The notes beneath the pieces were generated by a model. It ran no database searches and was not told the DNA's origin. It worked only from the letters and a program-made list of their open reading frames with translations. From assembly GCA_964517135.1 (NCBI GenBank), contig CAZFBA010000006.1:17447-81446 (forward strand): 64,000 bases of DNA, in the 5' to 3' direction. Shown here one piece after another: positions 40,700-50,617 of the stretch. A program made the position numbers and the translations under genes. Within the stretch, counting starts at the first letter, position 1. Each line of letters opens with the position of its first letter. Source of the stretch: an uncultured Gammaproteobacteria bacterium (GTDB lineage: Bacteria; Cyanobacteriota; Vampirovibrionia; JBFMGH01).

Positions 40700-42100
40700 A
40701 TGAAACATCAAAAGCTATTTATTATCGGCCTTGACTGTTTAACACCTCAACTGGTTTTTGATAGGTGGGATAATGAACTTCCCACTTTTAAAAAGCTGCG
40801 CAATTGCGGTATCTGGGGCAAAATGAAAAGCACTATACCCTGTATAACTGTGCCTGCGTGGGCTTCAATGGTTACTGGTAAAGACCCGGGCGAATTAGGG
40901 TTTTATGGTTTTAGAAATAGAAAAGATTATTCCTATGATAACCTTTATTTTGCTAATTCACTTTCTGTAAAATACCCTGCCATCTGGAATATACTTTCTA
41001 GAAACAAAAAAACTTCTATTTTGTTTAATGTACCTCAAACTTACCCTGTTAAACCCCTTCGTGGAATTATGGTTAGTTCGTTTCTTGCTCCTGATGAACA
41101 GTCAAATTATACTTATCCACCTGAGATAAAGGATGAAATTAACCAGATAGTTGATGATTACCAGATTGATGTCAGAGATTTTCGTACAGATAACAAACAA
41201 TGGCTTGTCGAACAGATCAATAATGTAACTGATAAACATTTTACGGTTGTAAAAAATTGGACAAAAAACAAAAAATGGGATTTTTTCATGTTTGTTGAGA
41301 TGGGTCCAGATCGACTTCACCACGGGTTCTGGGGGATGTGTGAGCCTGAACATCCTAAATTTAACCCTGATTCAAGGTATGTTAACACTATTAAAGATTA
41401 TTATTTAAAGCTTGATAAACACATTGAGGATCTTTTATTACTTCTGGATTCTGATACTACTGTAATTGTAGTGTCTGATCATGGTGCTAAATCAATGATT
41501 GGCGGTTTCTGTATTAATGAATGGCTCATAAAAGAAGGCTTGCTTTCTTTGAAAAACTATCCTAATCAGCCATCAAAGCTTTCTATGGATAATGTTGATT
41601 GGAAAAATTCTTACTGCTGGGGTGATGGTGGATATTATGCCCGAATATTTTTTAATATAAAAGGCCGTGAACCATCAGGTATTATTAACCCTGCTGAATA
41701 CAAAACATTTAGGGATAATATGATCAATAAAATTGAGTCAATACCTGATATAAATGGCAATATTTCACAGACAAAAGCCTTTATACCAGTCGAAATATAC
41801 CATAAAACAAATGGAATACCCCCTGACCTGATAGTTTATTTAGACAACCTTAATTTAAGATCCATTGGTAGTATAGGTCATAACGATATATATACCTTTG
41901 AAAATGATACAGGCCCTGATGATGCCAACCATGATCAATATGGAATCTTCATTATGACAGACTTAAAAGATTATTATGCTTCAAAAAATATCAATATAGA
42001 AAGAAATGATATATCTATTTATGATATTGCACCTACAGCACTTGATTTAATGGATGTAAACTTTGAAAAGTACAACATAAGAGGTAAAATAATAAAATGA
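40700..42100 (+). CDS. Alkaline-phosphatase-superfamily protein, NPP-type (type I phosphodiesterase/nucleotide pyrophosphatase-like)
   Basis: N-terminal FIIGLDCL. The Thr-nucleophile motif TVPAWASMVTGKDPGELGFYGF matches the NPP pattern TxPxxxSxxTG. The metal-ligand-like VVSDHGA is present. Confidence 0.7.
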   Translation: MKHQKLFIIGLDCLTPQLVFDRWDNELPTFKKLRNCGIWGKMKSTIPCITVPAWASMVTGKDPGELGFYGFRNRKDYSYDNLYFANSLSVKYPAIWNILSRNKKTSILFNVPQTYPVKPLRGIMVSSFLAPDEQSNYTYPPEIKDEINQIVDDYQIDVRDFRTDNKQWLVEQINNVTDKHFTVVKNWTKNKKWDFFMFVEMGPDRLHHGFWGMCEPEHPKFNPDSRYVNTIKDYYLKLDKHIEDLLLLLDSDTTVIVVSDHGAKSMIGGFCINEWLIKEGLLSLKNYPNQPSKLSMDNVDWKNSYCWGDGGYYARIFFNIKGREPSGIINPAEYKTFRDNMINKIESIPDINGNISQTKAFIPVEIYHKTNGIPPDLIVYLDNLNLRSIGSIGHNDIYTFENDTGPDDANHDQYGIFIMTDLKDYYASKNINIERNDISIYDIAPTALDLMDVNFEKYNIRGKIIK

Positions 42101-42675
42101 TAGACAGAAAAGGTTTTACAATATGGTTTACAGGTTTATCTCTGACAACAAAGTCGCTTTTAGCAGAGGTTATAGAAGGTGAACTTCTGGAAAGAGGTCT
42201 CAATGTTGAAATTCTGGATGAAGAAACAGTAGACCCCATTTTGGGCAGTAAACCTGCTGAATCTATTGAGGAAATACGTAAAAACCTTAAAAAAATACAG
42301 TTTATCTGCAAACTTCTAACTCGCAATGGTGTTATTGCAATTGTATCTGCTATTTCGCCTACTATTGATATTAGAAACGAAATGAGAGAAGGCCTTGAAA
42401 ATTTTATTGAAGTTTATGTAAAAGGTAACACAGCAAATCAGGACTTTGTTTCAAAAGTCAATCTTCCTGATATTGACATTGAGGCAATATATGAAGAGCC
42501 ATTAAATTCTGAAGTTATTATTGAAAGCGATAAAGAGCTACCTGATGCCAGTGCAAAAAAAATTATTAAAACGCTTGAGCTTTTAAACTGGATTCCAAAA
42601 GTTGAATACGATGACTATTCACCTGAAGAAGAAGCCAAAATACAGGAAAGACTGGAAAGTTTGGGATATTTATAA
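42097..42675 (+). CDS. Adenylyl-sulfate (APS) kinase homolog with a degenerate P-loop, probably a pseudo-kinase
   Basis: KGFTIWFTGLSLTTKSLL aligns to the CysC segment VWFTGLSGSGKST, but the glycine and lysine of GSGKST are replaced. The LDGDxxR motif is replaced by LDEETVD. The downstream APS-kinase core, VIAIVSAISPTIDIRNEMRE...FIEVYV, is retained. It overlaps the upstream gene by 4 bp. Confidence 0.7.
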   Translation: MIDRKGFTIWFTGLSLTTKSLLAEVIEGELLERGLNVEILDEETVDPILGSKPAESIEEIRKNLKKIQFICKLLTRNGVIAIVSAISPTIDIRNEMREGLENFIEVYVKGNTANQDFVSKVNLPDIDIEAIYEEPLNSEVIIESDKELPDASAKKIIKTLELLNWIPKVEYDDYSPEEEAKIQERLESLGYL

Positions 42676-44033
42676 TGAAAAAGTTTAATAGGGTAATTAT
42701 TATTGGTCTTGATGGAGTGCCACATAAACTTATCGAAAGATACACTAAAAGTGGACTTATGCCCAATCTTGAAAAGCTATGTTCCAGTGGTAGCTTCCAT
42801 CAAATGAATACTGTTTTGCCCGAGGTTTCATCAGTTGCCTGGAGCAGTTTTATGACCGGGAAGAATCCCGCCAAAACAGGCATATTTGGTTTTTTTGATC
42901 TTGTGCCATCCACTTATAAAATGCTTTTCAGTAATTTTCAACATTTGAAAGAACCCACCCTCTGGAGTATTATTAACCGGGAACTTAAAAAACCTTCTAT
43001 CATAATTAATATGCCTTCAACTTATCCTGTTAAGCCTATGAATGGTGCTATTATTTCCGGGTTCGTATCTCCTGATCTCAATAGGTCTGTATATCCTTCA
43101 ACAATTTTGAGTTATATTCAAGATATGAACTATAAAATAGATATTGAACCTCAAAAACTCTATGAAAATAAAGAATCTATATTGAATGAACTCTTTGATA
43201 TACTTGATAAGAGAATAAAAATCACCAATTATTTATGGGATAAGGCAGATTGGAAACTTTTTGCTTCTATCATAACAGGTACTGACAGGCTATTGCACTT
43301 TATGATGGATGTTTTTGATAATAAAAATTCTCCTTATTTAAGCACTTTTGAAAAATATTTCTCTGAGATAGATGATTTTATTGGTTTAATATCTAATAGA
43401 CTGGCTTCTGATGATCTGTTGATAGTATTATCAGATCATGGATTTGAGTCTATTCACTATTCAGTTTATCTTAATAACTATTTCATACAGCAAAATATTC
43501 TTGAAGAAAGAGTTAAGTCTGCTGGATGTTTTGAAAACCTTACAGAAAAAACTATTGCCTTTATCCTTGACCCGGGAAGGGTTTATATACACAGACAAAA
43601 CAGATATCCTTCAGGTAAAAAACTGTGCGAAGAGAGCTATTTAGACATACTTAATAATATAAAAAATTCTCTTTACGCCCTTAAGTCTCCTGATGGAAGA
43701 ACAGTTATCAAGAATATATTTCATAAATCAGACATCTACACAGGAAAATACTTTGATTATGCTCCAGATTTAATACTAATACCTGAAGAAGGTTTTGCTT
43801 TAAAAGGTTCGCTAAATACAAATAATATTTTTGAACTGCCAACAAGGCATACAGGGTTTCACAATTGTCACGATGCTTTTATGAGTTGTAATATCCCCCT
43901 AGATATTTCTTTAAAGCCCTCTATAATAGATGTTTCTGCTACTATACTTGAAGCCTTATGCATTGCGCCGGAAGCATATCAGTTTGATGGCCAATCTCTA
44001 CTGATAAAAAAGAATAATGGGGTCTTAGAATAA
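42675..44033 (+). CDS. Alkaline-phosphatase-superfamily protein, NPP-type, paralog with a Ser at the nucleophile position
   Basis: N-terminal VIIIGLDGV. The motif SSVAWSSFMTGKNPAKTGIFGF aligns with that of the first NPP-like gene. VLSDHGF is present. It overlaps the upstream stop by 1 bp. Confidence 0.7.
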   Translation: MKKFNRVIIIGLDGVPHKLIERYTKSGLMPNLEKLCSSGSFHQMNTVLPEVSSVAWSSFMTGKNPAKTGIFGFFDLVPSTYKMLFSNFQHLKEPTLWSIINRELKKPSIIINMPSTYPVKPMNGAIISGFVSPDLNRSVYPSTILSYIQDMNYKIDIEPQKLYENKESILNELFDILDKRIKITNYLWDKADWKLFASIITGTDRLLHFMMDVFDNKNSPYLSTFEKYFSEIDDFIGLISNRLASDDLLIVLSDHGFESIHYSVYLNNYFIQQNILEERVKSAGCFENLTEKTIAFILDPGRVYIHRQNRYPSGKKLCEESYLDILNNIKNSLYALKSPDGRTVIKNIFHKSDIYTGKYFDYAPDLILIPEEGFALKGSLNTNNIFELPTRHTGFHNCHDAFMSCNIPLDISLKPSIIDVSATILEALCIAPEAYQFDGQSLLIKKNNGVLE

Positions 44034-44210
44034 CATAAAAGTTCTCAAATTCCAGAAATTGGTATCCGGTGTTCCTAATGTTTAATTATAAAGATAAATT
44101 TTTAAGATGTGTAATGATCTTAAAATTAAAAATAGCAATCTTTGCATAGAATTAAAGTCTTAAAACAAATATAATGATTGTATAGTGTTAATTTAACCGG
44201 GAATAACAGG

Positions 44211-45062
44211 ATGAAAAAAATTATTATAATTTGTATTCTTATTCTGGCAGGCATTTTGCACACAGAGACTTCGCTTGCGCAGCAAAATGAAAATAATTCA
44301 GACAGGCAACTGCCGCCTCTTTTTGGTAATGTCAAAAAAGAACTTTATGAACAGGGTGAACATTCAAATAGTGAAAGCCCTACCGGATTTATAAAAGATC
44401 ATCTATCAGGTCAGCCAATAGGAGGAGCTGAGGTATCAGTTCCTGATAAAGGTATAACAACAACTACAAAACCTGATGGTAGCTTCAAGCTTGACTTAAA
44501 AGGCTATGGCGGAGATTTTATTGTATCAGTAAAAAAAGATGGCTATCTGCCTTTTGCCCTTAACGCAACCATTGACGATCTTTCAAAACCATTTACACTC
44601 TTTATTGAAAAGCATCTCGGACAAATAGTAATTGACAGTGATCTTCATCATTTAGGTGACAACAACTTTTCAAACATGTCTGCCAATGCAACCTCTTTCA
44701 GGTTACCTGCTGAGGGGCCAATATTTATCAAAGAGTTTTATATAGAGTCGCTTCCTAAAAAGAATATGGTTTTAAAAATTGGTTCTATAATAGGTCTGGA
44801 TACTATGGCATCGCATGAGCTAGGTCAGTCTAATATAAGCACCTTTAGCACTCCTTTAAGTATATATATAAACTCGGTTAAAATAGCTGAAATAGGTGTT
44901 AATGGTAGTAACAAAGTGATTCCTGTTCCCAGAACTGTCTTAAAGCCTGGTACTAAAAACCTTATTGTATTACAAACTGGTATCAATCAGGTTTTAAAGA
45001 TGCAGGGTGTTATTGATTATGACGATATTGAGTTTATGAATCTCATTCTGGAAGAAAAATAG
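44211..45062 (+). CDS. Secreted protein with a carboxypeptidase-regulatory-like (CarbopepD_reg) beta-sandwich domain
   Basis: The signal peptide is MKKIIIICILILAGILHTETSLAQQ. The segment GGAEVSVPDKGITTTTKPDGSFKLDLKGYGGDFIVSVKKDGYLPF matches CarbopepD_reg. The track start at 44178 is a TTG. Confidence 0.5.
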   Translation: MKKIIIICILILAGILHTETSLAQQNENNSDRQLPPLFGNVKKELYEQGEHSNSESPTGFIKDHLSGQPIGGAEVSVPDKGITTTTKPDGSFKLDLKGYGGDFIVSVKKDGYLPFALNATIDDLSKPFTLFIEKHLGQIVIDSDLHHLGDNNFSNMSANATSFRLPAEGPIFIKEFYIESLPKKNMVLKIGSIIGLDTMASHELGQSNISTFSTPLSIYINSVKIAEIGVNGSNKVIPVPRTVLKPGTKNLIVLQTGINQVLKMQGVIDYDDIEFMNLILEEK

Positions 45063-45114
45063 ATGAATAATTTATAAGGCTTATATTTTTGGGGTTTAAG
45101 ATACCCACTGCTTT

Positions 45115-45975
45115 TTATAAAGAGCCGGTACAATCATTATTGATTGTGACAGGGCTTGTGAATTCTTCAAGAGTAAAAATAATTTCATTATTTTTGTTGT
45201 AAACAAAGGTTCCTGAATCTATTAAATCTCTATAAGTGGCGAAATTAAAAGCAAAGGGCTTTCCGCTGTTTCTTAAAAAAGCAATTTTAGTGTCAAAAAT
45301 TTCTACATTATCGATTTTAAGCTTTCCACCTGTGAACAGTGCATAGCTATCAGGAAGGTTTATATCCATTTTGTCGTCTATTTCATAAGTTACTTTATCT
45401 TTTAGCTCAATTTGAAAGCCTTCTTCATTAAAATACACATCTGAAATACTGTATTTAAGGTTTAAATCAGGTATATATTTATCAACAAATATTTTAATGC
45501 AATCATTTTGAATTTCTGATTTGCCATCTTTGCTGTGATAACTGATATTGAGCCCAGGTATAGATTTAATAGCTTCAAAAAGAGAGCTTACAGGTATGCC
45601 AAAAACTTTGATACTGCTGAATTTATAGCAAATAGTATTATTACAATCTGTCACAAGTTTGCCTTTAATTTTTACGGGAACCAGTTTACCCGGAGACAGG
45701 TTAATTTCAAGTACATTTCGTGGTTCAAAATGTATTTTTACATCCGGGGCTGTGATTTTGAATATTGAAAAGATGATATTTTCAATTAATATAATAAACT
45801 GATGTTTATGGATAAGTGCACAGGCAGAACTGACAGAAAGTTCATAACTCTCAAAGTCATTTAAAACAATACATCTATCAGGAATAGAGGGTTCAAATCT
45901 GGAAATAAGGTTATTGAGCCTGATACTAAGATTATCAGAAAGTCTATAATATACGTTCCTGGCCTTTAAGTACAA
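45115..45975 (-). CDS. Hypothetical protein (286 aa)
   Basis: ORF only. It overlaps the 3' end of the upstream gene by about 30 bp, so its start is uncertain. I recognise no motifs. Confidence 0.35.
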   Translation of the reverse strand: MYLKARNVYYRLSDNLSIRLNNLISRFEPSIPDRCIVLNDFESYELSVSSACALIHKHQFIILIENIIFSIFKITAPDVKIHFEPRNVLEINLSPGKLVPVKIKGKLVTDCNNTICYKFSSIKVFGIPVSSLFEAIKSIPGLNISYHSKDGKSEIQNDCIKIFVDKYIPDLNLKYSISDVYFNEEGFQIELKDKVTYEIDDKMDINLPDSYALFTGGKLKIDNVEIFDTKIAFLRNSGKPFAFNFATYRDLIDSGTFVYNKNNEIIFTLEEFTSPVTINNDCTGSL

Positions 45976-47755
45976 ACTTATCTATCCTTGATTTCTTTAG
46001 TAATCCCAGTTTATGCAGTATTTTATCTATAAATGATTCTTCTTGCGGTTGATTTTTAATCACTATTCTATCAGAAAAATCTGAAGATAGTGGTTCATTA
46101 TTTTTTTCAAGCTGTATTAAGTGTTTTATCAGGGCGTCTGCATAACAGGTATCTTGATAATGTTCCAGAATTTTTGCATCTTTTAGTGATTTAAAATCGT
46201 CACCAGCTTTTAACAGATATTCATCGTAAGCTACAACATATTTTTTATTCAAGTCCAGTGGTTCATATTGGCCATTTATATTAACAAAAATGCTTTCCAG
46301 TGGTATTCTTGCATTTTCATGACGATTCATATCAATAGCATATTTTAGGCCGCTAACCTGCACTATACCGGGTTTTTTGTGGTGACCGGTACAGCTAGCT
46401 CCTTTATTTAATGCTTTAAAGATATTCCTACCTGACAATTCTACTTTCACAATAGAAGTATTAAAAGGTAGCACATGGTCTTTTATGTATTCTGCATAAA
46501 TATTACCTTTGTCAATACCTCTTCGTATGCATCCTGGATGAATAAGAGATATCTGACTTTCTGTATGGTTTTTGACAGCATCTGCTGTAAGGCATCCAAT
46601 TTCACTTGTGCCCCATATAGGCCAATTACCATCAATTGGTTTTTTGATAGTGCTTATTTTATGCATTTTTGAGTGAATTTTTTCTACAATTTTGTATACC
46701 TGTCTATCCTTTGGATATTCTGATACATCGATAAGGTGATTATCTGTAAATTTATGTTTATTAAGAGCTTTATCAGCATCTATTTTAAAGAGATTTTTCA
46801 GTGCTCTGATATATTTATTAGATGATTTTTCGACCGGGTTTATTTGCAATATACCCTGATCATTGAAAACAAGGTGGCTAACGCCGAGAGCTTCTGCGTA
46901 CGCCCCTGCATGCAGTATTAATACAGGTTCCCCTCTGCCAGAAGAATTGAACAGGTTAATATTTTTTTTGATTTCTGGCAAAGCAATATGTGTATGGCCT
47001 CCTGCAATAACATCTATACCAGGTATGGATCTGGCAATGCTTTTATCAAGGTTGTATCCCATATGGGATATCAATATTATCCTGTTGACTCCTTGTTTTT
47101 CTAGCTCCTGTACCTGCCTGTTGATTTCTATAAAAGGATCAAGGGCTTTGATTCCAGATGTATAATCTTTATAACTATCAGTATTAATAGATCTTGTGAC
47201 AGCTCCTATAAAGCCATACTTTTTCCCCTGAATTGTTTTGACTTCAGAAGTAACCATTTTGCCTTTATTTTCAAGGCGTTTTAGGGGGTTATCCTGATCG
47301 ATTTTCAGGTTAGAAATAACTGTTTTAAATTCTGAGTTTTCCAGTGCTGATGCAAGTTTCTCAGGACCGCTAAAAAACTCATGATTGCCCAGGGTTGCAT
47401 AATCAATACCGAGTTTGTTAAGAAGTTTTACCTGAAGATCTATACCCTCATTGCCCATGGCATAATCGCCGGCATGCAAGACAACAGAGCCATCTGTGGT
47501 TTGTTTATTTTCTGATATAGCTGTTTTTAAGTTTGCCATCAGGTCAAGACTTTTGTGTGTATCAGCCATATAAATCAATGTTAAAGGTTTTTCTTTGGTG
47601 TTTTTGCCAGCAAAATTAATAACATCCGTGTTTAGCGGGCGTTTAAAACGCTCTGTATGACTGATACCTTTGTGAAAAGGTTTTTGAGCTGTTCGGGTTT
47701 TAAGATTTTTTTTAAATCCCCCCGTTGAAGCCCTGTTACTCCCCCAGACTTGCAT
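45944..47755 (-). CDS. Bifunctional metallophosphatase/5'-nucleotidase family protein
   Basis: Calcineurin-like motifs are present: GDY..GN near the N-terminus, GNHEF, and DVIAGGHTH. A 5'-nucleotidase C-terminal domain follows. No signal peptide is visible. The ATG at 47755 is chosen over the TTG at 47758. Confidence 0.8.
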   Translation of the reverse strand: MQVWGSNRASTGGFKKNLKTRTAQKPFHKGISHTERFKRPLNTDVINFAGKNTKEKPLTLIYMADTHKSLDLMANLKTAISENKQTTDGSVVLHAGDYAMGNEGIDLQVKLLNKLGIDYATLGNHEFFSGPEKLASALENSEFKTVISNLKIDQDNPLKRLENKGKMVTSEVKTIQGKKYGFIGAVTRSINTDSYKDYTSGIKALDPFIEINRQVQELEKQGVNRIILISHMGYNLDKSIARSIPGIDVIAGGHTHIALPEIKKNINLFNSSGRGEPVLILHAGAYAEALGVSHLVFNDQGILQINPVEKSSNKYIRALKNLFKIDADKALNKHKFTDNHLIDVSEYPKDRQVYKIVEKIHSKMHKISTIKKPIDGNWPIWGTSEIGCLTADAVKNHTESQISLIHPGCIRRGIDKGNIYAEYIKDHVLPFNTSIVKVELSGRNIFKALNKGASCTGHHKKPGIVQVSGLKYAIDMNRHENARIPLESIFVNINGQYEPLDLNKKYVVAYDEYLLKAGDDFKSLKDAKILEHYQDTCYADALIKHLIQLEKNNEPLSSDFSDRIVIKNQPQEESFIDKILHKLGLLKKSRIDKFVLKGQERIL

Positions 47756-47895
47756 CAAAACTTCCTCAAATATTTAATTTTCCCCCACGAGGTTATTATA
47801 CCTTAAAAAAAATTTTTTAAAACCCTGTTTTTTTGCATTATAAAATATTTGCAGTAATTGAGTCTGCAATCTTTGTATATTCAGGCAATTCCAAT

Positions 47896-49137
47896 TTATT
47901 TAGAGGATAAAGAAACTGTTTTTGTTCTCATTTCAGCTTTCACTACCTCTGCAAGTTGCTTAATGCCTGTTTCTATCTGTTCTTCTGAAGGGTATGAGAA
48001 GTTAAACCGCATTGTATTGGTTCCTGAACCATCACAATGGAATGCTGAACCAATTACATAAGCCACTTTTTGTTCAACAGCTTTATAAAACATTTGGCTG
48101 GTGTCAATTTGGGCAGGCATTCTGACCCACAGAAACAGTCCTCCTTCTGGAGTAGTCCAGTTTAAGCCTTCTTCTTCAGGCATATACTGTTTTAGGGCAG
48201 AAAGCATTACATCTCTTTTCTTTCTGTAGACTTCAATCATTTTATCAATATGCTTTGTATAATGGTTCTGTCTGATAAACTCAGCAACTATGAGCTGGTT
48301 AAGAGTTGAGGTACAGAGATCCAGAGATTGTTTGAGTTTAACCATTTTTTTGATTATTTCTTCATGAGCAATCATGTATCCTATTCTTAAGCCGGGTGCA
48401 AAGGTTTTAGAGAAGGTAAAAAGTGAAATAACATTACTGGTATGATCGAGCTTATAAATAAGTTCTGGAGCCTGCCCTTCGAACCTGACCTGCCGGTACG
48501 GAGAATCTTCTATGATAAGCACGTCATATTTTTCAGACAGTTCAACAATTTTTTTTCTGCGTTCCTGAGAGGTTGTAATGCCACTTGGGTTTTGAAAATC
48601 CGGTACAATGTAAATAAATTTATAATGTTCATCTTCCTGGACAAGCTGTTCGAGTTTTTTCTCAAGTTGATCTATCAAAATGCCGTTATCATCGCATTTA
48701 ACCCCGATAATATTTGCCCCGTAGCTTTGAAATACTTGCAAGCCTCCTAAATAACTGGGCAATTCCACCAGTATAGGGTCTGATGCATCAATAAAAGCTC
48801 TGCCTACCAGATCTAAGCCCTGTTGAGATGCAGTTGTAATTAAAATATTTTCTGATTTTATGTTGATACCATCTTCTTTTGCGTGCAGCTTAATGAGTTC
48901 TTCTTTTAGTTGAGGCATTCCTTCAGTAGGGCCATACTGTAATTCTGCTCTATTAAACTTTTTAGCCAGATCTCCCACAATATCAGCAACGATTTCTGAA
49001 GGAAACAGGCTTGAATCTGGCAATCCGCCAGCAAAAGAGATAATGCCTGGTTGATTTGTGAGCTTTAGCAATTCTCTGATAACTGATGATTTGGTTCTTC
49101 TAGTTACTACAGATAAGTTTTTTCCTAAGTCTATCAT
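47896..49137 (-). CDS. PLP-dependent aminotransferase, class I/II (AspC/LysN-like)
   Basis: 413 aa. The N-terminal IISFAGGLPD and a Lys-containing FSKTFAPGLRIGY segment are typical of this family. Confidence 0.8.
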   Translation of the reverse strand: MIDLGKNLSVVTRRTKSSVIRELLKLTNQPGIISFAGGLPDSSLFPSEIVADIVGDLAKKFNRAELQYGPTEGMPQLKEELIKLHAKEDGINIKSENILITTASQQGLDLVGRAFIDASDPILVELPSYLGGLQVFQSYGANIIGVKCDDNGILIDQLEKKLEQLVQEDEHYKFIYIVPDFQNPSGITTSQERRKKIVELSEKYDVLIIEDSPYRQVRFEGQAPELIYKLDHTSNVISLFTFSKTFAPGLRIGYMIAHEEIIKKMVKLKQSLDLCTSTLNQLIVAEFIRQNHYTKHIDKMIEVYRKKRDVMLSALKQYMPEEEGLNWTTPEGGLFLWVRMPAQIDTSQMFYKAVEQKVAYVIGSAFHCDGSGTNTMRFNFSYPSEEQIETGIKQLAEVVKAEMRTKTVSLSSK

Positions 49138-49202
49138 AATTTCCCTGCCTTTTATAAATTTTCTAAAGACCTCAAGATAAATTATGACAGAAACATAAAA
49201 AA

Positions 49203-50411
49203 TTAAGAAGGCTCAATAAAGTCTGAGTTGTCTTTATTTTGCTTACTGTCATCTGATATATCAATGTATTCGGTAGATACAGGTTTTTCAAGCGAAAAAG
49301 TTTCAAAAGGTATATCAAATTTTTGTGCTATATTGCGTAAAAATTCCCGGTGAAAGTCTGTTAAGTCTCCAGAGCTGGTTATAACAAGAATAGATTTAGT
49401 AATAACAATACTGGCTGCTGGTCTATCGAGCTTATCGATTAGTTCTTCAGAGTATGATGAATTATTGATTTCATTAATGACATATTCTTCTATCTGAGGA
49501 TCATTTCTGACTTCAGGGTATTGCTCAAAAATTGTCTGCTGAATATATTCGGTGGTATAATTTGCCTGATACAACAAATAGATAAGAATACGTATAATTA
49601 AAAGGTCTCTGATCTCAGTTTTAATACGTGGGTGCAGGTCTTTTTTGTTGTAAATTTGCCTGAGTTCTTCAGGAAGAGTGCCTGCAAAAACTAGCTGTTT
49701 GTTAATAACTGCTTCATAATAAGCTTTAGCACCTCTTCCTGTAAGCATAATCATTGATGCATTTAGTGTTGCACCGATTACACCTCCAAGAACCGGAATC
49801 ATTTTGGCAAAAAACCGTTTAGCAATTTTCTCTCCCACTACAACTGAAAAGGCTCTGATCATCTTTTCTGCAAGCAGAGAGCCCATTTTTTTTGATGAAA
49901 TATCCATAGCAAGTTTGAGTGTTGCCTCAGCGGTTTTTGTGCTCCCTGCTCCCAGTGCAATTAAGGTTAAGACCTCACCCTTTCTGGTTTCATCTTCAAG
50001 ATCCATGCCATAAACAAGGGCTATTTCATAGATTAACTCAGCCTGAGCTCCTATAGTAGTGACAAAGTCAAACAGCAATGCAGGAATATTTCCGGGAACC
50101 AGCCCTGATGTAAATCCTATTGTAGCAGTATAAAAAGCTTTATGCTTGGTAAGTCTATCAACCAGTTTTTCTGGAGTATCATCAGGATATTTAGTCCTGA
50201 ATTTTTCTACCTGTTTTCTAGTTTTTTCGATATCCACAGAGACTACTCTGTTGAAGAACCAGTTAATACCAAACCTTTCTGCCAGCAGATTATAGATTTC
50301 AGAAGTGTTTAAGTAATTTAGAATACCTCCGACTAATTTCCCGCCCTTTTCTATAGATCCTGTGATGCCTGTAGCTAATTTATGGCTGATTTTCTTGCCT
50401 TTTGTATCCAT
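49203..50411 (-). CDS. EcsC-family protein with a C-terminal extension
   Basis: The central region FYTATIGFTSGLVPGNIPALLFDFVTTIGAQAELIYEIALVYGMD resembles the EcsC family core. About 150 extra C-terminal residues are present. Confidence 0.5.
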   Translation of the reverse strand: MDTKGKKISHKLATGITGSIEKGGKLVGGILNYLNTSEIYNLLAERFGINWFFNRVVSVDIEKTRKQVEKFRTKYPDDTPEKLVDRLTKHKAFYTATIGFTSGLVPGNIPALLFDFVTTIGAQAELIYEIALVYGMDLEDETRKGEVLTLIALGAGSTKTAEATLKLAMDISSKKMGSLLAEKMIRAFSVVVGEKIAKRFFAKMIPVLGGVIGATLNASMIMLTGRGAKAYYEAVINKQLVFAGTLPEELRQIYNKKDLHPRIKTEIRDLLIIRILIYLLYQANYTTEYIQQTIFEQYPEVRNDPQIEEYVINEINNSSYSEELIDKLDRPAASIVITKSILVITSSGDLTDFHREFLRNIAQKFDIPFETFSLEKPVSTEYIDISDDSKQNKDNSDFIEPS

Positions 50412-50617
50412 TCAGGGCCTTTCTAATAGATATCCCGGGGTATTAAAACACCAAACATCTTCATTATATCTGATAATATTTTGATTTTCAAACCATGTCC
50501 ACCTGCTTCGCAGGTTTGTTAAAAAGTATTTTATTAAATTAATTTTTAAAAATTGAACAGTTTCAACCTTCTTTCAGAAGCGAGGTCTTTTTTTTATATA
50601 TAAATAAAGGTATTCTT

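Noticed and set aside
40700-44033. Calling the AP-superfamily proteins arylsulfatases, which would fit neatly with the APS-kinase homolog
   Set aside because: The active-site region reads TxPxWxSxxTG, the NPP/phosphodiesterase pattern. The sulfatase C/S-x-P-x-R formylglycine motif is absent.
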